Positions 41,350 to 50,409 of a DNA stretch of 64,000 nucleotides are shown piece by piece. A model generated the notes under the pieces. That model saw only the letters and a list, made by a program, of their open reading frames with translations, was not told the DNA's origin and did no database searches. How positions within the stretch are numbered: the stretch's first letter is position 1; the number at the start of each line of letters is the position of its first letter. The translations under genes were made by a program, and so were the position numbers. Source of the stretch: Terriglobia bacterium (lineage in GTDB: Bacteria > Acidobacteriota > Terriglobia > 20CM-2-55-15); assembly GCA_965263045.1 (NCBI GenBank), contig CBDHGK010000005.1:13377-77376 (forward strand). The letters run 5' to 3'.

Positions 41350-41497
41350 TGGACGCCTGAGCTGCCGAGACGACGGATCGAACTTTCAGCGCCGGTCGGT
41401 GAGGGGCGTTTCGGCGGGTACTCTCACTATGGGCCGCGCCGCGAACGGCCGGCATAGCACAATCTGAGGCAGCTTTTTCAGCTCCACCGGTACACCA

Positions 41498-41704
41498 TCA
41501 ACGGTGTCGTATGACAACGAGGCTGAATTGGGCATCGGCGTGTCCCTGTTCGGCAGCGAAGCGGAGCCACTTCACGGCTTCGGCCAGGTTTTCGGGTACG
41601 CCATCGCCTCTGGCGTATATGTCACCGAGGTTCAATTGGGCATCAACATTCCCCTGCTCGGGGAAGCGGCGCACGCAATCCGTTCGTTTCCATTGGTATC
41701 CCAA
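41498..41704 (-). pseudogene. Sel1-repeat remnant
   Basis: EQGNVDAQLNLGDIYARGDGVPENLAEAVKWLRFAAEQGHADAQFSL, with unrelated ends. Confidence 0.75.
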
Positions 41705-42330
41705 CGGCCGATCTCCGTTTCTATCCGGTTGCGCGGGTTGTACCCTTTCAGGACAAGACAGGATCGGGAATCGGCTTTGCAGCAGGCCCCGGACGCGGAC
41801 TTGACGAAGATGATGGGTGTGCGTTGGGCGGGTCTGTGGATGGCTGGAACACCTGCGGAAAACTCTCCTGTCACCGCCTCTGAGGAGTTTGTGGAGGGGG
41901 TAATCTGATACGGCACGGATAATGGGAGGCTATGCAGCTTGACGGTGCGGTAGTTCGGACAATAGCAGGCAAGAGTGAACTCCGGCACCGGGAATGCGTA
42001 GCCGGGGATGTTATCGAGAACGACAGTCCGGTGCTGAGACGTCCTCTACGAAGCGACTTCGCGACTGAGTGGGCTTACACGGACCGGATCGAGCGAGCCC
42101 AAACCTGTACCTATTGCGGCGGGATTATTCCCACCGAAGGGCAACCGACAGCGCCTAAGCGGTTTGGGTGACCTGCGACGCACCCAGTGAAGCCGTGACT
42201 GCCATTGAAAGACGATTCTGAAGCCGGAAAAGACTCTTTTGAGGGGGAAACCGAGGTTTAAGCGACTGGGGCGGGTGGCCAGTTCGGTCTGGACGCTGAG
42301 GCCAGGAAGAAATACAGGGGGAAGGCAAGC

Positions 42331-42804
42331 GTGGCGAAGAGATCCATCAGTGATTGCCGATGGGCAATTCAGATTGCGCGTGGCAGGGACATGACAACTC
42401 TGGGCATGACCGTGACACTGGGTGGGGAGCAGCTGCTCATCACCGACCTTAGAGTCATAGATAAACAATGGGTCAGCGGAGATCGGCGTTTTACGCACAA
42501 GGAGAAGGAACTTCTGACGACACAGGCGAGAGCCATCATCGCGGAAGCCGAAGCGTTCAGGGACCGCTTTCGTACCCCGCCGGTGATCTCCATCAAAGAG
42601 TGTCAGGAGGCGATTGCGATTGCTGGCGGCATCGCCATCACACTGCGTGGCGAGAAGATGCTCATCACCGAACTCAAAACCCATCGGGTGAGCAAGTGGG
42701 TGAGCGGAGATCGGCGCTTTACGCCCAAGGAGAAAGAACTTCTAACGACGCAGGCGAGAGCCATCATTGCGGAAAACGTCCCTCTCCCTGCCCCGCAAGA
42801 ATAG
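42331..42804 (+). CDS. Hypothetical protein built from two 76-aa repeats
   Basis: WVSGDRRFT(H/P)KEKELLTTQARAIIAE occurs twice, 228 bp apart. Confidence 0.6.
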   Translation: MAKRSISDCRWAIQIARGRDMTTLGMTVTLGGEQLLITDLRVIDKQWVSGDRRFTHKEKELLTTQARAIIAEAEAFRDRFRTPPVISIKECQEAIAIAGGIAITLRGEKMLITELKTHRVSKWVSGDRRFTPKEKELLTTQARAIIAENVPLPAPQE

Positions 42805-43002
42805 ACCCTGAGCAAAGAGGCGGAGGCGATCAAGGCCGATAAACCGGCCGTGCGCATCATCCAGTTCAAGCGGGGCGGCGAGTCCGCGCTTGCTGTGCGG
42901 CGGTTCTCGTTCGAGACGCTGCACTGGGACCGGGTGGCCGATATGCGGAAGCTGCGGCAGTTGCGCGGCTCGATTGACGAGGGCGGTCGGGAGATGTTCG
43001 TG

Positions 43003-43060
43003 CTGGCCAGAATTGATTTCGCGTCGAAAACGAGTAAATTCCGGTTAACTTGACAGTGCC
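43003..43060. mobile_element. IS6-type MITE half
   Basis: AGAATTGATTTCGCGTCGAAAA...AACTTGACAGTGCC matches 16496-16550 in reverse. Confidence 0.7.
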
Positions 43061-43295
43061 CTGTCGACGGTATCGAGATGAGACGCCGCGTCCATCCCGG
43101 AGAGGAGACACGCGGTCCCGTGGCCCGTGCCGGTTCCCAGTTCGAGGAATCGGCCGCCCGGCTTTGACGCCACAAGCGCACGGAGCAGCTACAGGCCACC
43201 CGCGGCTCGGACGCCATGCGAAACCCCATAGCCTTGGTGTCGGCGAGAATGGCCTCCAGCGCAGCGGGTTGGCTCTGAGCCTGATTGTCGTCCAT
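43061..43295 (-). pseudogene. SAM-dependent O-methyltransferase, frameshifted and truncated
   Basis: MASEPRV, then in another frame LLRALVASKPGGRFLELGTGTGHGTACLLSGMD; cut at the IS end. Confidence 0.8.
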
Positions 43296-43302
43296 TGATT
43301 CT

Positions 43303-43635
43303 CTATTCCGAGTCTTCCCCGCCCTCCGGGCCGTAGAAGAACACCCAGACTGCAAGGTCGGAGGAAAACTCCTCAAAGCGGTGCGACTGGCCGGCGGCTA
43401 CAAAAAGGAAGGAACCCGGGCCGACCGGGTGGCGGTCGGCGCCATCGAAAAAGATGCCGTGGCCGCGAACGACGACGTAGATCTCATCGCGACTATGAGG
43501 TTTCTGGGGATCGTGATCCTTCGGCGTGTACAGCTCAGCCTCGAGCGATCCGTGGGAGAAGACCGGTACGGCCAGATTCCCGGCGGGCGGTGGCCCCATG
43601 GCCAGTACTTCGTCGGGATGTGTTGCAACTTTCAA
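43303..43635 (-). CDS. Cupin-domain protein (5' end lies in an IS6 terminus)
   Basis: PHSRDEIYVVVRG and HRFE cupin motifs. Confidence 0.8.
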   Translation of the reverse strand: MKVATHPDEVLAMGPPPAGNLAVPVFSHGSLEAELYTPKDHDPQKPHSRDEIYVVVRGHGIFFDGADRHPVGPGSFLFVAAGQSHRFEEFSSDLAVWVFFYGPEGGEDSE

Positions 43636-44140
43636 AAATCAGCAAGAGAGCGACTGGTTGGGTTGACTTGGCTCCGTCTCATGCGGCTACCTCGAAGAGC
43701 TTGTTGATGAACTGAATCTGTTGCCGAACATCCGAACCGCTCACCCACCTCGCCTGCCCCTTCCGGATCATGTGCATGGTCTCATATCCCTGGATCGTTC
43801 GCCGCGCCGCGTGGAATTCACGAAAGCCCTGCTTCGCCTTCACGCGTCGTTTGATCGCCCGATGATCCTGCTCCAGGATGTTGTTCAAGTATTGGACAGG
43901 TCGGTGGCGGCAACGGCGGCGCAGGATTCCTTCCTGCTTCACTCCTGAAATCGCAGAGCCGTAAAGGGGCGCCTGGTCCGTGTTGATGACGCGGGGCTGT
44001 CGATGCGACGGGTTCGCCAGCGCCTTGCGGAACAGGCGTTTAGCCGTAGCGGCATCGCGTAACCCGGAGAGCACAAAATCGATCGTGGCTCCGGTGGAAT
44101 CGATGGCGCGGTAGAGGTAGCACCAACGGCCCTGGACACG
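43616..44140 (-). mobile_element. IS6-family element, 3' half with terminal repeat
   Basis: GRWCYLYRAID..VINTD..YLNNILEQDHRAIKRR; end GGATGTGTTGCAACTTT at 43616. Confidence 0.9.
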
Positions 44141-44499
44141 TCAGAAACGCTCCGCTTAGCGTGCAAAATCGCACCAATCTGCCTGATACCCTCTGATATA
44201 GTCTCCAGTATATCGGCATCCGCCGCGGGCGGCCGTTCTCCCGGCACGAGGCGGGCCGCCACTGCTTCCCGCTTCGGGCCGAGCCGGACGGCAACCGATG
44301 ATGTCGGAACTCGTCCGCGCCGAGTCAGGCGGGAGGTGAGCACCGTGCCGTCCAGCCGCTCGCGATGGGGTCGCATCCTGTTCCCGGTCCTGTTCTCCCT
44401 CGCGTCCGTTAGCGAGGGCAGCGCGCAGCCGGCCAGGACGGAGGGGTGGGTATTCGGTCTGGGTTCCGGAACGACGGCCGTTTACGTCAACACCCTAGT

Positions 44500-44676
44500 G
44501 TCGAGGACGCGCGGAAGGATTATGGCGAACGGCGTTTACGGGTGCTGGGCCACATTGAGGGCCAGCTTCATGCGGCAGTGATCACGGCGCGGGGCGACGC
44601 CGTGCGCGTGATCAGCTTGCGGCGAGCGAACACGAGAGAGGAACGAGCGTATGAGAAAGAACGCCAGTCGCCCTGA
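44500..44676 (+). pseudogene. brnT: BrnT toxin, 5'-truncated
   Basis: EDARKDYGERR..G......VIT.RG...RVISLRRANTREERAY; N-terminal half missing. Confidence 0.8.
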
Positions 44677-44938
44677 CGTAGAGAATCCGGAATGGACCGC
44701 AGAAGAGATTCGCCAAGCACGGCCGTTGATGGACGTGTTGCCCAAGGAAACAGCGGAAGCCGTTCGCCGGTATCGAGGTCAGCGCGGTCCTCAGAAGAGC
44801 CCTACGAAGGAACTGGTCAGCCTGCGCGTCGACCGCGACGTCGTGGAGGCCTATCGCGCGACGGGCTCCGCCTGGCAGAAGCGAGCTAACGAGGCGTTGC
44901 GCGTGTACGCCAAGAAGAGCGGTTTGACTGAAGAATGA
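44651..44938 (+). CDS. brnA: BrnA antitoxin
   Basis: DVENPEWT..RGPQKSPTKELVSLRVDRDVVEAYRATGSAWQKRANEALR. Confidence 0.9.
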   Translation: MRKNASRPDVENPEWTAEEIRQARPLMDVLPKETAEAVRRYRGQRGPQKSPTKELVSLRVDRDVVEAYRATGSAWQKRANEALRVYAKKSGLTEE

Positions 44939-45864
44939 AACCTCCCGCGTCGGGGAACCATGGTGCCGGCGGGTGCTCGGTGGCCAAAGCCGAAATAGAG
45001 AGTCCCAGTATAGCTGGCACTTACATCATCGGGCTGTTCGATATACTCGGGCAGACGCACAAGCTCCGCGACCTACCAAGTTTCCTCGCCCCACCCGGAA
45101 CCCCCGCACGCGCCGAGGCGATCTCCGCCTTAAGCGAAGTGACCCGTGAGGTAGCTGACTTACGGTGGCTGTTCCGGCAGCAGTTCGAGGCTTTCGGCGC
45201 ATCTGTTGCTCGGATGGCCGCCACGTGCGGCCTGGAGGGTAATGAGATCGCACTGTTGGAGCCGAGTTTCAGGCAGTGGGGTATGTCCGACTCGTACGTC
45301 GTAGCCATTCCGCCGCCACGCCACGACGACGAGCGAGTCTCTCGGCTAGCCGATGTGTACCGCCTGCTGTCCGCAGCAGCGTGTACGTGGCTGCACGCCA
45401 TGAGAGTGAACCTGCCCATCCGAGGCGGGATAGAGTTGGGCCTCGCCGTGGCCATAGAGGAGAACGAGGTCTACGGCCACCCGCTGGCTGAGGCTCATCT
45501 GCTGGAGAGCACGGTCGCGCAGTATCCCAGGATAGTAGTCGGGCCGGAGCTCGTGACCTTGCTAAACAGCGCCTGGAGGATCGAGACCCAAGATGCAGGG
45601 CACTCGGCGTTGGCCAGTCTGTTCGCACAGGCGTCCCTGGCCCTCATTCAAAGGGACGAGGACGAGCGGCGGGTGGTTGATGTCACCAGCACAGTTGTAG
45701 TTGAGCACCTACGGGAAGCTATGCCCGATCTGCTGCCGGCCGTGATGCGGAATGTTGAGCAGCAGCTCAGGTGCCACGACGAAGCCGGATGCAAAAAGCT
45801 GGTGGAACGCTACCAGTGGCTGCAGCGCCGCCTAGCCGGGCTCGGTGACAGATATGGCCACTGA
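44935..45864 (+). CDS. Class III nucleotidyl-cyclase-like protein
   Basis: LFDILG, MSDSYVV, IRGGIELG, VYG..LAEAHLLES..YPRIVV. Confidence 0.7.
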   Translation: MKPPASGNHGAGGCSVAKAEIESPSIAGTYIIGLFDILGQTHKLRDLPSFLAPPGTPARAEAISALSEVTREVADLRWLFRQQFEAFGASVARMAATCGLEGNEIALLEPSFRQWGMSDSYVVAIPPPRHDDERVSRLADVYRLLSAAACTWLHAMRVNLPIRGGIELGLAVAIEENEVYGHPLAEAHLLESTVAQYPRIVVGPELVTLLNSAWRIETQDAGHSALASLFAQASLALIQRDEDERRVVDVTSTVVVEHLREAMPDLLPAVMRNVEQQLRCHDEAGCKKLVERYQWLQRRLAGLGDRYGH

Positions 45865-46325
45865 GGCATTCTCCGTACATCATTTGTAGCAGCATCGTCC
45901 AAGGTAGCGTGCGGCTCAGCGCCGGCCTGTGAGCAGGCCCGCACGCCAGAGGACGTACAGGAACGTCCTGCGCGGCGGTTCGGCTCTATGGTGCCTCTGT
46001 CGATCGTCGTTCGGTGACAACGGTGGGGGTGGCGATGGTGCCCCGCAGCGCTGATCAGCGCGTGGTCGTCTCTGCGGTCCACGATCTCAAGCCGTCCACA
46101 CACGGCCTTCAACGCCCGCGGACATCTTATTGCTAACGAGGGATCCGATGAGGGGAAGAGATTACATCTGAAGTTATAAAGTATTTATATGGAATGAGTT
46201 ACCTCGTATCTATGGCAGAGGCCCAGGCGGCTATCAGAAGCCGCCGCCCGCCGCTCGAACCTCAATTGGCTGCCGTTCTTGCAGCTTGGTTCATTCCGCA
46301 GCGCGACCACGGGCCACCCGTCCAG

Positions 46326-46649
46326 TCACGCTGGCGGTCTAACGGCCTTCTCCAGATACCGTGGGGCCGTCTCTCGGATGCGCAAGGCGTGGGAGAAGAT
46401 GTCCCTCACGTCGTCGACGTGCACACGCTCCTCCGACTTGTTCGCGTCGAAGAGCCCGAGCCGCTTTTGAGCCGTGTTGAAGTGCAGCCGGCAGATCGGT
46501 TGCCGGTTCGTATTGTCTAGGAGCCTGTCGGGAATTGGCTCCCTCGAAGCAAGAATCAACAACTTACGAGCCATCCCTGGTCTGTAAGTTGTTGATTCTT
46601 GCTTGCAGACTTCTTATTCCCGACAGGCTCCTAGCAGCACCGAGCAGTA
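46326..46649 (-). pseudogene. C-terminal remnant of a restriction-endonuclease-like (HsdR N-domain-type) protein, split by a MITE
   Basis: Removing the MITE restores YCSVLLDNTNRQPICRLHFNTAQKRLGLFD. Confidence 0.65.
46521..46630. mobile_element. 110-bp MITE with IS5-like ends and CTAG duplication
   Basis: CTAG-GAGCCTGTCGGGAAT...ATTCCCGACAGGCTC-CTAG; internal 20-bp inverted repeat AGCAAGAATCAACAACTTAC. Confidence 0.85.
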
Positions 46650-46651
46650 GG

Positions 46652-46746
46652 GGTTCTGGTGCAGATAGGATTGTCGGAGCGATAAGATCAGGAGTGCGCT
46701 ACGGCGATGCGGACTATGCTGCCATGACGTGCCGCCAGATCACCGC
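46652..46746 (-). mobile_element. Right-end remnant of the IS6 seen at 26644-27470
   Basis: Near-identical to the reverse complement of about 27375-27470. Confidence 0.85.
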
Positions 46747-46802
46747 CCCTCCTGTGCTTCATGAGAACCTAAAAGCTCCAAACTTCGCTACCGACGAGTG
46801 AT

Positions 46803-46932
46803 CACGATGGCCGGAATCGGTGTTCAGGATCACCGGAATCACTGTTCAGGATCCCGGAATCCGCGTTCACGATCCCGGAATCGGTGTTCACGATGGATCG
46901 GAATCAGTGTTCAGGATGGTCCGGAATACGCA
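46803..46932 (+). mobile_element. IS21-family terminus with multiple transposase-binding repeats
   Basis: Five (C/T)CGGAATCnnnGTTCA(G/C)GAT units at 21-23 bp spacing, ending CCGGAATACGCA. Confidence 0.8.
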
Positions 46933-46951
46933 CTACCCAACCCGCTTTCGA

Positions 46952-47938
46952 TTAGTCGCGGCGTAACGGTGACGAAGTGCGTACGAAGTGCGTAGGCCCA
47001 GTTCCTGAGGTGTACGGGTCTCGGAACCCCACCGGCGTTGGATAGACAACTTCACATTCCACAATGGTCGCGATGGCGACCGCAAAACCCACGGCACTAA
47101 GCTTCGATGCGGCAGGCACGACAATCAGTCTGTGGCTGTACTTGTACTTACTGAACACTTCTTCAAGGGCGTTCCTCGACTCCTCGACCGAAGCGGTAGA
47201 GACCGTGATTACTTGGTCTGCAGTATCGAAAGCGAACGCGTTCATTTCTCGGACGGCCTGGTGTCGCCAGCCGTTTTCGTTACCTGGAGGACGACCTTCC
47301 AACAAGACTAGTTTTGACGGTGTAAGTTCGTTAATCAGCGCGCGAATGAAGCGAGGTTCGAAGTTTGGAGATGCTACCAAGATCACTGGCTCTCCGCCCA
47401 TGGCGGCCAGTGTCAAGTCGGGCACTGCCGTGATGCCAAAGAGTCCCGTCGTAAGAAACACCTGACCTGTCTCCTGCCCTTTCCTAGAGTTTGAGTCAGC
47501 CAGCCACTCTGCTTTAGTCGGATGGTACACACTAGGTTCTGTGTATGCGATGACGGGAGGGTTGCGGACCCTCATGAGCCTTGTGACCAGTACGAGGGCA
47601 AGAAATTTCGACATCCCTGAAACATCGAGGACAATGGGCTGCTGTCCGTACGATGCTACCAATGCATCGGCGGTGAGCGCAGTCGATTCGAATGGATGAA
47701 ACCGATCGAACTTTGCCTCGGAGACTCCGGATCCGACGATTGTTGCCAAGTTCAGTGCTTCCTGAAGTCTGTTATTGCCATCGTGCGGCAGGTAATCCAC
47801 GATTACGACTCGGAGATATCGTTTGCCCCTATTGGCGCAATCTTTCAGGTATGCGACCGAGCGTTCTTCAAAGCCAGCGGCGACGAAAAGTACGGCATCG
47901 GTCGTTTCGTGGGGTTCTTCTGACAATAGTGCTGTCAC
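46952..47938 (-). CDS. Tandem Rossmann/CARF-like domain protein, 328 aa
   Basis: Two similar halves: AAGFEERS..LDVSGMSK..AYTEP and SPNFEPRF..VPAASKL..VYPTP; GTGA overlap with the upstream gene. Confidence 0.75.
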   Translation of the reverse strand: MTALLSEEPHETTDAVLFVAAGFEERSVAYLKDCANRGKRYLRVVIVDYLPHDGNNRLQEALNLATIVGSGVSEAKFDRFHPFESTALTADALVASYGQQPIVLDVSGMSKFLALVLVTRLMRVRNPPVIAYTEPSVYHPTKAEWLADSNSRKGQETGQVFLTTGLFGITAVPDLTLAAMGGEPVILVASPNFEPRFIRALINELTPSKLVLLEGRPPGNENGWRHQAVREMNAFAFDTADQVITVSTASVEESRNALEEVFSKYKYSHRLIVVPAASKLSAVGFAVAIATIVECEVVYPTPVGFRDPYTSGTGPTHFVRTSSPLRRD

Positions 47939-50409
47939 GTCTCTTCTTGATCTCGGAAATTTAGGCGCGGCACGTTAGCGTTCTTCTTCTCACGACGTTT
48001 CTTCAGGGCTTGGTTCTTAAAGCCCTCGGGATCGGACAAGAGGCGTTTGAACTCTCTTACCTCCATTCCCACGTTGTCGCGACGTGAGAAGGTCAGTCGA
48101 CAAATAGGGATGAGAAGCCTGCGCAAATATAATCTATCTACCGTAGCCGATCTCAAGCTACGTCCTGTTGAATCGCGAATGAACACTCCGTACCTGAGGA
48201 GTGCTTCATAAACCTGCTTTAGCTTTGCTTCCGAGTCATCGAATTCAAGTGCGTCCCTTAATTCGATGCGAAACGCCTGTTTCGGTGGGGTGCTCCCTTG
48301 GTTAGGGGAGTCTAGATTCATCAGCTCCCAATGCGCCACTTCGCCGAAGGAGTCTGCGATCTTTCGGATCAAAGGGCCATGACTGGGAGCCGCTTCTATA
48401 TTCGAAAGAAAGTCCGCTCCCAGCTTCATAATCGCGCGGTTCTGAATAGAGGCGTCAACAGGAAGATCCCGAGGCTTAGCGTCGGCGATCTTAGCGATCC
48501 CGCCTACTCCAGCTACTATGTCGCGGATCAACCGCAAGGTGTGCGTAATGTCCCCCGAGCACATATCAACGATGACGTCTAGGCCGCGATATTTTAGCTG
48601 CTGGGGTGATCGGAGCTGGCGAGCCATTTCATTGTAGGCGAGTTCACCGTCCCCGAGCAACACCTCCAGTGAAGGCAGCGATTGCCTCTTGACTGCGTGG
48701 AACCTGGTATTTACGACGTCCGAGATAAACTGTCTGCGGGAGTCCGCTTCAGCAGTCATGAAGGATGCACCAAGATCCATCACCGAATACTCGCGATCCG
48801 GTTCGAGCAATTTCCCCGATGAATCATGCGGATGGAGGCTTGTAATATGCTCCGTGGCAACCTTAAAGAACACGGTGTCCCACCGCTGAAATATCGCCCG
48901 GTTCAAACTCGCCTGAAGTTGCTCGGATACTCTCGGCGTAGAGTAATCATCTAGGAATACGAATGATGAGAGTCCTTCTAGCCACGGCACAGCATTTGTG
49001 AATGCTGCTAACATCTCGGGAACAAAATCCAAACCCAAGGCGGGCACGTCCATGACGGAGCCACGCTGCATCGCCAGTTTGGTCGTGAGACGAGCAGAAT
49101 CTACTTGTGCGCGTATGTCAGCAAGGGATGTAGGATTCTTTTCGCGATTTCGAATGTTGGGCAACCGCGATACCGTCCACGACACGATGTTACGCACAAC
49201 TGGACTCTTGAGTTCAACTTCTGTCTGCGACATCGCAATCTGGTCGATGCTCGTTAGCGTCTCGGCAAGTAACGACAGGTTGAAGTAGTGCAGTGTGCCT
49301 TCGAGAAAGTGCCGATCGACTTCGGACGTGCTTGAATACGGAAAGGCGTAAAAGAGGTCGGTGCAGTGATAGTAGATTCCGAATAAATTCAATTCGCTCG
49401 CTTCTTCCGCTCCACCCAATACCCGGGACTTGGAAGCCAAGCTCCTCAATAACATAGTCTTGCCGCATCCACGAGGGCCGGTGAGTACGGTATTGCCTTT
49501 CTCAAGAAAGTCAGGAGCGTTCGGAAAGTTCATCTTGAGAAGACTTTGCAAGAGGACGTGTTGCTGTCCCATCTGCTCGCAACTCATGTAATCGAACGGG
49601 TCGTCCAGATTCGCCGATCTCTGGGATCGAGTCGGCGGTTGTCTCAGGCACTCGCGGAATCCTGTCAGGAGGCCTTGAGCGTTTCGGTAAAGTGGATTCG
49701 ATGGGTTTCCTTCTCGCAGGCGTGGAATAAGCCATTCCTCCATTTGGTCACATTCGAAACGCCCAGATCCGCTTGCCGTGTTCCTGCGCGCAACTGGTGT
49801 AAGGGATTGCAACACTTCGCCGACTGATACGTAGTCATCTTTCGGGGTAAGAGAGTTTAGTGAATTTCCTATGCCAAAGTCAGTCAGCCAAAACTCTTCC
49901 ATAGGTTCTACACGGTCGTCGCCGGGAACTTCTATGAGGATATTCCGGTCATGGATGTCTCCATGGCTGATATGGCGTGCCTCCAGGGCGAACAGGAGCG
50001 ACAATAGCTCTTCTCCTATTCGCACACAGAAGCTATTGGTGACCGACTGAGGGAACAACTCGACGTACTGTCTAAGGTCGTAGCCTTCTATCCATGGCAT
50101 TACGATAAAAACATAAGATGCTGTCTCCCCTGGGAGTGTAATTGTCTGGACTCGTTCAGGCCGAACGACCTTTATAGATTGCGCGAGCAGGTGGGGCTTT
50201 CTTATCTCCTCGTGCCAACCGGCTCTGACGTTTGCATGCGGTATGACCTTGACCGCCACCGGCCTTCCGTGGCCCGCAATGGTCTGCGTGGCTCTATACA
50301 CGAGCCCGTTCTTTCCGCCGCGAAAGAACCCATCGAGCTTGATGCCGGGTTCAAGCGTGTAGCCTTCAAATAGCTCGGGTTTCGGTAGATTTCGTGTAGC
50401 CACGATCAA
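47935..50409 (-). CDS. Ser/Thr kinase fused to P-loop ATPase (ORC/CDC6- or STAND-like)
   Basis: Kinase motifs GGKNGLVY, VAVKVI, HGDIHDRNILI, TDFG; Walker A GPRGCGKT; Walker B VFLDDY. Confidence 0.9.
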   Translation of the reverse strand: MIVATRNLPKPELFEGYTLEPGIKLDGFFRGGKNGLVYRATQTIAGHGRPVAVKVIPHANVRAGWHEEIRKPHLLAQSIKVVRPERVQTITLPGETASYVFIVMPWIEGYDLRQYVELFPQSVTNSFCVRIGEELLSLLFALEARHISHGDIHDRNILIEVPGDDRVEPMEEFWLTDFGIGNSLNSLTPKDDYVSVGEVLQSLTPVARRNTASGSGRFECDQMEEWLIPRLREGNPSNPLYRNAQGLLTGFRECLRQPPTRSQRSANLDDPFDYMSCEQMGQQHVLLQSLLKMNFPNAPDFLEKGNTVLTGPRGCGKTMLLRSLASKSRVLGGAEEASELNLFGIYYHCTDLFYAFPYSSTSEVDRHFLEGTLHYFNLSLLAETLTSIDQIAMSQTEVELKSPVVRNIVSWTVSRLPNIRNREKNPTSLADIRAQVDSARLTTKLAMQRGSVMDVPALGLDFVPEMLAAFTNAVPWLEGLSSFVFLDDYSTPRVSEQLQASLNRAIFQRWDTVFFKVATEHITSLHPHDSSGKLLEPDREYSVMDLGASFMTAEADSRRQFISDVVNTRFHAVKRQSLPSLEVLLGDGELAYNEMARQLRSPQQLKYRGLDVIVDMCSGDITHTLRLIRDIVAGVGGIAKIADAKPRDLPVDASIQNRAIMKLGADFLSNIEAAPSHGPLIRKIADSFGEVAHWELMNLDSPNQGSTPPKQAFRIELRDALEFDDSEAKLKQVYEALLRYGVFIRDSTGRSLRSATVDRLYLRRLLIPICRLTFSRRDNVGMEVREFKRLLSDPEGFKNQALKKRREKKNANVPRLNFRDQEET

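Noticed and set aside
41700-41870. Possible IS5/IS903 transposase tail (GYNPRNRIETEIGRW)
   Set aside because: Too short and degenerate to support as a feature; no ends found.
44935-45864. Calling a complete Pycsar system
   Set aside because: No adjacent TIR or transmembrane effector, and the catalytic helix residues differ.
46803-46932. Regular 20-bp repeats as a CRISPR array
   Set aside because: Spacers are only 1-3 nt, and the run ends in CCGGAATACGCA, typical of an IS21 terminus.
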